Source: Candidatus Babelota bacterium (GTDB lineage Bacteria > Babelota > Babeliae > Babelales > JACPOV01). From it: DNA of 64,000 nucleotides. This document shows positions 38,456 to 46,890 of this stretch, one piece after another (positions within the stretch are counted from its first letter, which is position 1; every line of letters starts with the position of its first letter). The position numbers and the translations under genes were made by a program. The stretch lies in the NCBI GenBank assembly GCA_022707425.1, contig JAKJAQ010000002.1, forward strand, positions 29,868 through 93,867, given 5' to 3'. Below the pieces are notes generated by a model. It was not told the origin of the DNA. It saw only the letters and a program-made list of their open reading frames with translations, and did not search any database.

Positions 38456-39634
38456 TCAATCCAGCGTTTTACCCAACAATCGAGCTTCTTCTTTGATAAG
38501 GTCAACAATAAGTTTTGCAGTTTGATATCGTTTTTCGGTTGCTGGATGCGTACGTTCTGATTCTGGCACTGGACATGCTGAAGTTTTTCCCATACTCATA
38601 GATTTTTTTAATGCGAACAAACTAGCAGGAGTTGCAACAAGTAATAATAAGACACCAACGGTATCTGGTTTAAAATATACTTCACGAGTTGCAGCACCGA
38701 GCAGTAATAAGTTTCCGACGGAAAAAAACTTCGTTATTGCCTTCTTGCTCGATTCTATTGTTTGGTCCGGCTGATCTACAGCTGCAAGAAACTCAGCTAC
38801 CGAAGAATATTCAGCTCCTTGCTTTAACGGGCTAATATCTGCTTCATATTCATGCATTTGCCAAAGGGCTTTGCTCAATCGTTTTTCTTCATCACTCAGT
38901 TGTTTTTTTTGTTCAAGCCATATATTTTTAGATTCCCATATTGCACGCCGTTTCCGTAAATGCGCCCTCTTTACATGCTCAAGTTCATGGAGAATCGTAC
39001 CATATTGCGCATTTTCATTTAATAAATAAAATCCTAAGCCAAATATAATTAATATCTTATTATCAGTTGTTCGAGTAACACCCACATCTCCACCTAGTTT
39101 TAAATTTTGGACGACACCGATCGTCTCATTGTTAAAATACGAATCGTTCTTGATGGCTTCTTTTATCATGTTTTGAACACTATATGGGATAAACCAAGAA
39201 AATTCTATTGTTGCATTTCCCGCTTTAACAATTTCTTTGCCAGTAAACGATTCCAACGTTCGAAAATCTATTTCAGCATCGCTACGCGATTCATTAAACT
39301 CTAAGCGCAAAAGATGAATAGATCGTTCTTTGAAAAAATCTTCTATTAGTTTTCTAACCGTTAAGCTTTCATCATGCAATTGTGCAACAAACCATCGTAT
39401 TTTTTCATCTTCATTTGCAATGTCTTTTGTCACATCTTGGAACAGTTCATAAATGTTTTCAAATGTGCCCTTATTGATTGCTGCAGTAATTGGTGTTGGT
39501 TTTGATTCTGGTTTTTTATACCGTTCACCTAATTGCTTCAATTGCTCAAATGTCTTGCTTAGAGAATGTTCTTGTGGTTGAAGATTAAGAATAATGATAA
39601 AAACTAAACTTGTGAGCAATAAAGCCTTCTTCAT
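38456..39634 (-). CDS. leader-bearing M48-like zinc metallopeptidase
   Basis: Leader MKKALLLTSLVFIIILNL. HExxH in ILHELEHVKRAH, then HEYEAD, and C-terminal THPATEKRY. It shares these three motifs with 33152..34078. Confidence 0.6.
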   Translation of the reverse strand: MKKALLLTSLVFIIILNLQPQEHSLSKTFEQLKQLGERYKKPESKPTPITAAINKGTFENIYELFQDVTKDIANEDEKIRWFVAQLHDESLTVRKLIEDFFKERSIHLLRLEFNESRSDAEIDFRTLESFTGKEIVKAGNATIEFSWFIPYSVQNMIKEAIKNDSYFNNETIGVVQNLKLGGDVGVTRTTDNKILIIFGLGFYLLNENAQYGTILHELEHVKRAHLRKRRAIWESKNIWLEQKKQLSDEEKRLSKALWQMHEYEADISPLKQGAEYSSVAEFLAAVDQPDQTIESSKKAITKFFSVGNLLLLGAATREVYFKPDTVGVLLLLVATPASLFALKKSMSMGKTSACPVPESERTHPATEKRYQTAKLIVDLIKEEARLLGKTLD

Positions 39635-39858
39635 ACTAGTAATCCTTATGAAATCGAATACTTTATTAATCTAACAAAGAATAATTCAGATAGTCAATAA
39701 TAGGATTTATCTTTAGGTATTTATGCATTTCTTAGAATTCTGAAGTTGAAAAAAAAGGAAATAATTAGGGATTGGTTAATTTGACTACGATGGACACATC
39801 GTATTTAGTAATATTTCATTTATGGCGCTAGCCAGGCGTAGCCCTTTAGGGCGGAGAC

Positions 39859-39935
39859 TGGCGGAGCTGACGAGACTCGAACTCGCGACCTTCCGCGTGA
39901 CAGGCGGACGCTCTAACCAACTGAGCTACAGCTCC
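39859..39935 (-). tRNA. tRNA-Asp (anticodon GTC), CCA encoded
   Basis: Manual cloverleaf fold: acceptor GGAGCTG/CAGCTCC, D-arm GCTC/GAGC, anticodon loop CTGTCAC, T-arm GCGAG-TTCGAGT-CTCGT. 77 nt. Confidence 0.95.
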
Positions 39936-40059
39936 ATAAAAGAATTTCATTCGACTTCGCATAACGCTTGCGTCGCAATCACACCATTGCATCATTTTAT
40001 TCGATGAATGGCCTGCCCGGCATAGTTTGCCGAGTCTAACGACCCGGATAAACCAAGAC

Positions 40060-40135
40060 TGGCTCCGCGGGCTGGACTCGAACCAGCGACCCAACGATTA
40101 ACAGTCGTTTGCTCTACCGACTGAGCTACCGCGGA
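40060..40135 (-). tRNA. tRNA-Asn (anticodon GTT), CCA encoded
   Basis: Manual fold: acceptor TCCGCGG/CCGCGGA, anticodon loop CTGTTAA, T-arm GCTGG-TTCGAGT-CCAGC. 76 nt. Confidence 0.95.
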
Positions 40136-40223
40136 ACTCAATTTTATTATATTTCAATTTTATCACGCCTTAGCACTACGTGCAATGACGGATGGCCTGC
40201 CAGTCATTTCCTTCAGAAATGAC

Positions 40224-40299
40224 TGGTGGGCGGTGCAGGATTCGAACCTGCGACCCTCAGTTTGTAAGACTGATGCTCTACCAGCTGAGCTAACCGCCC
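40224..40299 (-). tRNA. tRNA-Val (anticodon TAC), CCA encoded
   Basis: Manual fold: acceptor GGGCGGT/ACCGCCC, anticodon loop CTTACAA, T-arm GCAGG-TTCGAAT-CCTGC. 76 nt. Confidence 0.95.
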
Positions 40300-40324
40300 C
40301 TTTTTTTCGTTACTAGACTACCAA

Positions 40325-40353
40325 ATTGTAAAAAAAAAGAGGTTAAAAGTCAA
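40325..40353 (-). promoter_or_regulatory. sigma70-type promoter of the tRNA Val-Asn-Asp operon
   Basis: On the minus strand: TTGACT (40353..40348), a 17-nt spacer, and TACAAT (40330..40325). This lies about 25 nt upstream of the tRNA-Val 5' end. Confidence 0.55.
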
Positions 40354-40740
40354 AACAAAAACAGCATAAATTATTTATTGTTATCGTTTGGCAAGTTATA
40401 CTCACCAAATAATTCTGAAACTTTTCAAAAAAAAATTTCCAGGCTTTCTCTTCATAGGCCCATTCACACGTCATTATTTCATATTTTTTCTGCCACAATG
40501 AGCATTTCTTTCTTTCAGCACAGCTACAAAAATTTTATCGAACCTACAGGGCAGCATTGTTCATGCTTTCCTAGTTATTCAAACTAAAAGAGTGTTGTAT
40601 AAGGAAATTATTCTACTGATAAACAAGATTATAGTGGGGGGATTAATTGACCAAGCTTTCAATTGCTTTAAAAAAGGCAAAAGATCAGCCTTTTTTTGAA
40701 AGATAAGGATTAATATAAAGCTAATGTGTATTAATAACCG

Positions 40741-40914
40741 TTAAAAGCCACCAGTATCACCATGGCGTACTTCATTGACGTCTTCCAACTCCGCAGCCAT
40801 CTCAAGATCGAAATAATATGAACCATCGTGTGAGGTTTGTTCCATTGATTGCGCATTAACCATACTATTAAATGCGAAACTGATAGTAATGATAACTAAT
40901 CGTAAATTCTTCAT
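40741..40914 (-). CDS. small (57 aa) acidic protein with signal-like leader, below the ORF-track size cutoff
   Basis: I translated it by hand as MKNLRLVIITISFAFNSMVNAQSMEQTSHDGSYYFDLEMAAELEDVNEVRHGDTGGF. AAGGAAA lies 5 nt upstream of the ATG. Confidence 0.4.
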   Translation of the reverse strand: MKNLRLVIITISFAFNSMVNAQSMEQTSHDGSYYFDLEMAAELEDVNEVRHGDTGGF

Positions 40915-40941
40915 ACCGTTTCCTTTTTTTGCGTAAAAGTG

Positions 40942-40968
40942 AGAAGGAAGGTGTATTACCTTCCTTCT
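40942..40968 (-). terminator. hairpin downstream of the fasciclin gene (terminator-like)
   Basis: 11-bp stem AGAAGGAAGGT / ACCTTCCTTCT with loop GTATT, 19 nt after the stop at 40987. The T-run is weak. Confidence 0.4.
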
Positions 40969-40986
40969 TTCTAATAAATGACGTAA

Positions 40987-41601
40987 TTATTTTTCTAAAA
41001 TAACGTTATCTACAATACGAATCACACCGTTTTTGGTTTTAATTTCTCGGGCAACCGTTTGTTCTTCAACTTGACCGATTAATTGTTGACCGGCACGTTT
41101 AACTTTGTTTAAGAATGACTCAGTAGAGTAAATACCTTTACTGATATGATTTCTTAAAATGGCTGCTTTCTCTGCTAATGTTTTACCAGCAAGTTCAGCT
41201 CTAACATCTGCAAACGCTTGGTTAGTTGGTGCCAATAACGTTATTTTTTCATAAGCGTTATTCAATTGTTGTTTAATTTGCGGATGTTGTTCAATATATT
41301 GTTTTAATTGAGCAAGTTCAGGAATTTGGCTAATTGCTTGAGCAATGGTTAATGCTTCGAAGTTCTCACCTTCAGTACCAAGTTTAGCAACACCATTTTT
41401 GGTTATAACCGGTCCTGGTGCATAACGGTTTTTAGTTGTAGCAACGTCTCCACGAGTGTATCGTGAACCAGCAGTTAAACCACGCGAACCTTCTAAGCCA
41501 GTTGGAATATTTCTATTTGTTTCTACCACTTGTGCATTGATTATGGTAGCAAATGACAACCCAACCACGGCTATCATCAATTTTTGTTTGTTATTCTTCA
41601 T
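40987..41601 (-). CDS. fasciclin (FAS1) domain protein with signal peptide
   Basis: Leader ...VVGLSFATIINA|QV. FAS1 motifs ITLLAPTNQAFADV and NGVIRIVDNVIL. Confidence 0.8.
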   Translation of the reverse strand: MKNNKQKLMIAVVGLSFATIINAQVVETNRNIPTGLEGSRGLTAGSRYTRGDVATTKNRYAPGPVITKNGVAKLGTEGENFEALTIAQAISQIPELAQLKQYIEQHPQIKQQLNNAYEKITLLAPTNQAFADVRAELAGKTLAEKAAILRNHISKGIYSTESFLNKVKRAGQQLIGQVEEQTVAREIKTKNGVIRIVDNVILEK

Positions 41602-41654
41602 TGTATTTCCTTTTTTTATTAAACATTAATTCAAACCAATTTCACTTAACTCTT

Positions 41655-42035
41655 TTATCGGCGTCCAACACGACCAGCAGCTGGGTTTTCGCCACGTCGA
41701 CCAAGACGACCTTGATTCACACCTGCGCCGCCATCACGTCGACCATATCTGCCATTTTCATAATGACCACCAATACCAATTTCTAATACGCCGGGAACAC
41801 CAACTTCTAAGCCACGGTTATAAACGGGACCGTCTTGATAATATTCAGCATCATAAACGTCATTTTGAGCATCATAATTGTTACGATACAAATTACGTGA
41901 TTCATCGAAATTACGTTCTTCGCCAAGCTTATTTGAAATAGGTCTATGTGTCTGCGGTAAAACTTCAGCATTCACGAGTGGAGCAAATGATAGACCCACA
42001 AGTGCAATTGCTACTTTTTTCATACCTTTTTTCAT
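41655..42035 (-). CDS. leader-bearing Gly/Arg/Asn/Tyr-rich low-complexity protein
   Basis: The leader MKKVAIALVGLSFAPLVNA|EV is similar to that of the adjacent FAS1 protein. The C-terminus is RGG-like (GRYGRRDGGAG...GRLGRRGE...GRVGRR). Confidence 0.5.
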   Translation of the reverse strand: MKKGMKKVAIALVGLSFAPLVNAEVLPQTHRPISNKLGEERNFDESRNLYRNNYDAQNDVYDAEYYQDGPVYNRGLEVGVPGVLEIGIGGHYENGRYGRRDGGAGVNQGRLGRRGENPAAGRVGRR

Positions 42036-42067
42036 TTTATTATCCTTTTTTTATAAATAATATCTTC

Positions 42068-42111
42068 ATTTCCCCTTTTTCTTCATGTTTTAAGTATAGA
42101 AAAAGGGGAAA
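42068..42111. repeat. 14-bp inverted repeat (hairpin) between mreC and the 41655 gene
   Basis: ATTTCCCCTTTTTC ... GAAAAAGGGGAAAT with a 16-nt loop. There is no clean T-run, so the function is unclear. Confidence 0.35.
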
Positions 42112-42158
42112 TGATTCTTCAATGATTTGAGGTATGAAAATTGCCTGAGAAAATTGAT

Positions 42159-42962
42159 CTATTGGCCTTTTTGAACAAGAAGGCAATAATCAAGCTTACG
42201 TAAATCGAGAAGTGGTTCGATTTTTACATTTTGGTACACACCATCACAGGCACAAAAAACCACTTTGCCCAACGCAAAACCGTGCGGAAAAACAGTTCCT
42301 TCGCCGCTTGAAATAACAAAATCGTTAAGTTTAACTTCTTGCAGATGGCTCATGTGTGCAAGCGCACCAACATCATGCCGGTTCATTCCTTCATAAATCC
42401 CACGAGCTTGACCGCTCCCACACCACACTGCAACTTTACATCTTCGGTCAGTTATGAGTGCTACTTTACTGTAAAATGGAAATACTTGGTCAACGCGCCC
42501 AATTAAATTATTTTGGTACAACGCAACCATTCCCGGTGCAACACCTTTGCGTGAACCCGCATCAATTAATACAAAATGTTCATCATCACCAAAATGATGC
42601 AAGATAATTTGTACCATCTGCGCATTATGTGGGGTATACCGTTTTTGAAACTCAATTAACGGTTGCACATCATTAACAAAACGCAGTGATGATTCGAGCA
42701 TAACACTGCGCGCTACCAATTCTTCTCTTTCATTTTGCAAATGACGCACTTGCTCTTGCAATTGTGCTATTGACCACTGTTGTTGCACCAGCGAACGCAC
42801 CGGACGTGTTATTGCATTTTGAAGATACACAAAAGGATAGACGATCATGGAAACACCAGTATCAAGCAACTGCACCGGTACATAGGGTATTTCAGTGCGC
42901 CAGAAAAAAAGAACTATTCCTACACCAACCAACAACACACCTAATCGAGCACGAATTGACAT
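42159..42962 (-). CDS. mreC: rod shape-determining protein MreC
   Basis: N-terminal TM segment, coiled coil QLQEQVRHLQNEREELV, and a beta domain with IGRVDQV and NDFVISSGEGTVFPHGFALGKV. Confidence 0.75.
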   Translation of the reverse strand: MSIRARLGVLLVGVGIVLFFWRTEIPYVPVQLLDTGVSMIVYPFVYLQNAITRPVRSLVQQQWSIAQLQEQVRHLQNEREELVARSVMLESSLRFVNDVQPLIEFQKRYTPHNAQMVQIILHHFGDDEHFVLIDAGSRKGVAPGMVALYQNNLIGRVDQVFPFYSKVALITDRRCKVAVWCGSGQARGIYEGMNRHDVGALAHMSHLQEVKLNDFVISSGEGTVFPHGFALGKVVFCACDGVYQNVKIEPLLDLRKLDYCLLVQKGQ

Positions 42963-43096
42963 AAAACTCCTTATGTTTGAGCGTCAGTTTATCATGCACC
43001 TATCAATAATCAATCGTTCGGTCTGCGCTGATCGCGCAAAGAGCCCTTGTAATTTCAATTCGTAACTTATTACACTACACAAAAAGGGGTCAACTC

Positions 43097-44485
43097 ATGA
43101 AACGCTTTTGTAAATGGATGGGTCAGGTGATTCTGGCAAGCGTAATAATTTTTTTTCAATTACATTCATATGAATTGCGGTGGGATTGGAATACATTAAA
43201 TGTTCATTCCGTTTCATTTCCGCACACTTTTTTGTGGGGATGCGCAGATTCAGCACTGCAAACAGAAGGTGTTGAGACGGTCGACGGAAAATTAGTTGAA
43301 AACAGTTGGACCGCATTTGAAAAACAACTTAATATCCCACTCGAAAAACGAGTTGGAAAAGCATGTGAGCGGTGGACACGATACAAAGATGATTATCAGT
43401 TGCTCAAAAAAATCGGCATGAATTCATACCGCTTCACGATCGAATGGAGCAAAATAGAACCGATTGAAGGAATTTATGATGAAGCAGCAATGCAACATTA
43501 TGTTGAAATGGTCGATGAACTTTTACGTTTAAATATTATCCCGATCATTACCCTTTTTCACCATACCTTTCCTGTATGGTTTGCAAAAAAAGGAGCTTTT
43601 GAAAATAAACAAAATAGTTATCATTTTGTGCGTTTTGCGCTGTATGTTTTTCGCCATTTGCACAGCAAAATTAATTATTGGATTACCATGAATGAACCAA
43701 TTGGTTTTGCACTTGAAGGATATTATCGTGGCGTGTATCCACCAGGCAAAAAAAGTTTACAAACCGCAGGATATGTAGCAAAAAATTTATTGTATGCGCA
43801 TGTTTCAACATACAAAGAATTAAAAAAAATGAATCCGAACGTATTCATTGGCATTACGCATATTTTTAATCCGCTCGATGCCTATTATGTGTGGAATCCC
43901 CTTGAGCAAGCAGTTGCACGCACCTTTGATTATTTAGTGAATAAAACGGTAATTAAGTTTTTTAAATCGGGCACGTTTGATTGGGCCTATTTAGTACGCG
44001 GTTACAACGAAGATGCACCACAGGCGCTCGATTTTTTTGGCATTAATTATTACACGCACACCACCATCAAACAAACTAATATTTTATCACTCAAACCAAC
44101 GCACCGCGAAGATGAAACGTTGCTCGATTCTCCGCATGATGGCAGAGTATGCAAAACATTGTACCCTGAAGGACTGTATCGCTCGATTAAAAATTGCGCA
44201 AAGCTGCGTATTCCACTTTTTATCACTGAAAATGGTACCGCTTCCTGCAATGCAGCGGTGCGTGATGAGTACATAAAAAAACATTTGTATGTAATTTCAC
44301 GCGCTCTTAAGGAAGGCTTTGATATTCGCGGTTACTTTTTTTGGACGCTGATGGACTGTTTTTGTTGGCGCAAAGGATATGCAGATAAACATGGCATTTA
44401 CCAAGTTAATTTTCAAACGCAAGAACGCACACTCCGACCTGGTTGCGAATATTTGATTCAGACCATTAAGCAATTTTCAAGCTAA
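43097..44485 (+). CDS. glycoside hydrolase family 1 (beta-glucosidase-like) with N-terminal hydrophobic leader or anchor
   Basis: FLWGCADSALQTEG, YRFTIEWSKIEP, the acid/base TMNEP and the nucleophile ITENG. SD AAGGGG. Confidence 0.9.
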   Translation: MKRFCKWMGQVILASVIIFFQLHSYELRWDWNTLNVHSVSFPHTFLWGCADSALQTEGVETVDGKLVENSWTAFEKQLNIPLEKRVGKACERWTRYKDDYQLLKKIGMNSYRFTIEWSKIEPIEGIYDEAAMQHYVEMVDELLRLNIIPIITLFHHTFPVWFAKKGAFENKQNSYHFVRFALYVFRHLHSKINYWITMNEPIGFALEGYYRGVYPPGKKSLQTAGYVAKNLLYAHVSTYKELKKMNPNVFIGITHIFNPLDAYYVWNPLEQAVARTFDYLVNKTVIKFFKSGTFDWAYLVRGYNEDAPQALDFFGINYYTHTTIKQTNILSLKPTHREDETLLDSPHDGRVCKTLYPEGLYRSIKNCAKLRIPLFITENGTASCNAAVRDEYIKKHLYVISRALKEGFDIRGYFFWTLMDCFCWRKGYADKHGIYQVNFQTQERTLRPGCEYLIQTIKQFSS

Positions 44486-44486
44486 A

Positions 44487-45320
44487 TTAAAATGTACAAC
44501 CGGCAGTAATCCCCACTTGCTGATTAGCACACCACATATCAAACCAGACCCGTTGGTCCATGCGTCGTTCGATCACTTTTTGTGCTGCGAACGCATACAA
44601 CAAACCAAAACCAACACCTGCAACAAGTTGTGAAAGATAATGACGGTTACAATTTAAAAAATCGGCAAATACAAACGCTGAAAATAAACTAAGTGGTACT
44701 GCCCATTTCCATCCGTGCCGCATACCAAAAAGCGCGGTCATATAGGTGACATTTGCCATGTGCCCCGATGGAAAACCGCCCGTTGATCGTTTGTGATGAC
44801 TAAAATCTTCATGCCATGGCCGCAAACAAATATTATGATCAAGTTTTTTGATAATATCTTTTCCTGAATGCACAAATGGTAACCCAATCGCAAACATCCG
44901 TGCGGTCATACGCAGATTTTCATTTGGTGCCCACAGCGCCAAACTTGAAAGCAGCACCATTGGTACGCCAACTCCTTTTTGTGCAATTTCGTGGCATTTT
45001 TTGGGAAACTGATTAATATTCAAGTGACACTCACGATCATGGAAATTTCGCTGCACCTCTTCATCAATCATGCGCGCTGACAAATAAAATGGCGTAAACG
45101 CCGTAACTATTTTTACCGAATCAATGGTGAATAATTTTACATTCAACAAAATCGCATCTTCAATTACTTCACCAAGTGCACGAAAACTTTTGTACATGCG
45201 TGTGCGATAACAACGCATATTTTGTGATGCCTGTGCACCTATGTTAAGAAAAAAAAGAAAAAAAATCAGCGTCTGAGCAAAGCGCCACTTCATCAACCAA
45301 CCTTTCCTATTTTTCATCAT
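44487..45320 (-). CDS. PAP2-superfamily-like protein (atypical third motif), paralog 1
   Basis: Leader present. K..LRP and GFPSGH match PAP2 motifs C1 and C2. The C3 region CNRHYLSQLVAG lacks the usual SRx5Hx3D spacing. The protein ends in F. Confidence 0.55.
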   Translation of the reverse strand: MMKNRKGWLMKWRFAQTLIFFLFFLNIGAQASQNMRCYRTRMYKSFRALGEVIEDAILLNVKLFTIDSVKIVTAFTPFYLSARMIDEEVQRNFHDRECHLNINQFPKKCHEIAQKGVGVPMVLLSSLALWAPNENLRMTARMFAIGLPFVHSGKDIIKKLDHNICLRPWHEDFSHHKRSTGGFPSGHMANVTYMTALFGMRHGWKWAVPLSLFSAFVFADFLNCNRHYLSQLVAGVGFGLLYAFAAQKVIERRMDQRVWFDMWCANQQVGITAGCTF

Positions 45321-45367
45321 AGAAAGGTTGACACATCAGAGCAAGTAAGCGTTATTTAATGAATATT

Positions 45368-46210
45368 TTATGGCAACAGAAGCTCATTAATAAGAGGAAC
45401 GAGAGAAACGACATGAATTTTTGAAGATAGTTTTTTGTGTTGCAATGAGTTCGTTACATAGACAACCGAAAGCGCACTTTCTTCGATCAACTGCACTGCA
45501 TTATCTGAAAAAACACCATGCGTTGCAGCACCGCTCACTGTATGTGCTCCAGCTTTTTTGAGTAGTTCTGTAGCTTTGATAATCGTGTGTCCGGTGGTGA
45601 TCATATCATCAATAATCAACACTCGTTTTCCTGCCACATCACCGTTAAGTTGTAATTCAACCTGTTCATGACGCGGGCGCACCTTGTGCATAATAAGTGC
45701 TTGTTTACCCGTGCGTCGCGCAAGTTCTTGCACCAATTGCGCAGCACCTTCATCAGGTGCTACCAAAATATCGTATTTATGTGCCAATACGGCGAAAAAA
45801 TCGTACCATACAAGTGGCGTGAAGCGATGCATGGTGCGCGTTGCTGCACTATGAATATGCAAAATAGTAAATTGTTCAATACGAAATTGATCAAAAAAAT
45901 GAAATAGCACTTGCGCACTCACCGGTTGTCCTGGCAATGCACGATCTTGTCGCGCGTAGCCAAAATAGGTCATGAATAATTGTATGCGCGCACCGGCACG
46001 TTGCAATGCATCTAACAATAAACACAGTTCAATTATATTTTCTGCTGGTGCTGGTGTACTTGCAACAACCCATACGATTTTTTCTTGCACCGATTCGTTA
46101 ATCTCAAGAAAAAGTTCACCATCACTAAACGTGGTAAGTTCATACTTACTTGGTTGAATTGCAAGTTGCTCATGCAAATGTGCACACGAACGTGTCAAAA
46201 AAAGTTTCAT
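45368..46210 (-). CDS. prs: ribose-phosphate pyrophosphokinase
   Basis: FSDGELFLEINESV, YFGYARQDR and the PRPP loop VLIIDDMITTGHT. The ATG overlaps the upstream gene's TGA (ATGA). Confidence 0.85.
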   Translation of the reverse strand: MKLFLTRSCAHLHEQLAIQPSKYELTTFSDGELFLEINESVQEKIVWVVASTPAPAENIIELCLLLDALQRAGARIQLFMTYFGYARQDRALPGQPVSAQVLFHFFDQFRIEQFTILHIHSAATRTMHRFTPLVWYDFFAVLAHKYDILVAPDEGAAQLVQELARRTGKQALIMHKVRPRHEQVELQLNGDVAGKRVLIIDDMITTGHTIIKATELLKKAGAHTVSGAATHGVFSDNAVQLIEESALSVVYVTNSLQHKKLSSKIHVVSLVPLINELLLP

Positions 46211-46836
46211 TGGTTTGCCTTACGCAATAATTCAACTGCTTGTTCATCTTCAACTTGTGGAAATCTCAAATACCATTGACTAATGCCCCAAAAATGTTCG
46301 GGCGTAATCACACAATGCAGTTCATCAGCCCGCGTGCGCAAATCATGCACCGCTTGCGGTGAACAAACGGGAAGAGCAACAATAATTTTGTGTGGTTTTT
46401 GTTTTTGGAGCAATGCAAGAACTAAAAAGAGCGTTTGTCCGGTCGCAATGCCATCATCAACAACAATAACTGTTTTATCTCGTACATTAATCGTTGGACA
46501 CACGGCGCGATAGTGTTCATACCTTTTGTACAACAATTGACGAATCCGTTTTTTTTCTTGTTGTACATAATCGCGATACGCAGGATGGTTTTCATAGAAC
46601 GGATCGACAACTTCATCATCAATCGAAACGGCGCCGATTGCAAATTCAGGATTATCAGGAGCACCAATTTTTTTTACCAAGATCACATCAAGAAGCAAAT
46701 GCAGTTCGTGCGCTATTTGTGCACCAATTTCAACACCGCCACGCGGAATCGCAATAATAACGCACTCTTTTTTATTCTTATAATGCGCAAGTAGTTTCGC
46801 TAATCGCATGCCTGCATCGAAACGATCTTGAAACAT
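46207..46836 (-). CDS. phosphoribosyltransferase-family protein, specificity unknown
   Basis: AAGGAG lies 5-6 nt upstream of the ATG at 46836. FQDRFDAG...IPRGGVEIG and the PRTase loop VIVVDDGIATGQT are present. Confidence 0.75.
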   Translation of the reverse strand: MFQDRFDAGMRLAKLLAHYKNKKECVIIAIPRGGVEIGAQIAHELHLLLDVILVKKIGAPDNPEFAIGAVSIDDEVVDPFYENHPAYRDYVQQEKKRIRQLLYKRYEHYRAVCPTINVRDKTVIVVDDGIATGQTLFLVLALLQKQKPHKIIVALPVCSPQAVHDLRTRADELHCVITPEHFWGISQWYLRFPQVEDEQAVELLRKANQ

Positions 46837-46890
46837 TGACTCTCCTTCATGCATCAATTAAAAGTAGCTTTGAACAAATGCATGAAAAAG

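Noticed and set aside
38306-38560. 84-aa plus-strand ORF in and beyond the 38268..38455 gap
   Set aside because: It overlaps the 3' end of the well-supported M48-like gene. It has no SD site and no recognisable domain.
39822-40094. Two ORFs (61 aa plus strand, 82 aa minus strand) across the tRNA region
   Set aside because: They are translations of the tRNA-Asp and tRNA-Asn genes and their GC-rich spacers. The tRNA cloverleaves explain the sequence.
40300-40740. 440-nt gap with a 69-aa ORF (40378..40587), checked for a hidden structured RNA such as tmRNA, RNase P, SRP or 6S
   Set aside because: The ORF has no SD site and an odd composition. By eye I found no GAGGAAAGTCC-type RNase P core, no tRNA-like 3' end for tmRNA and no SRP domain IV motif. 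Only a weak A/T-flanked hairpin occurs near 40671..40700. An Rfam scan would be needed to be certain.
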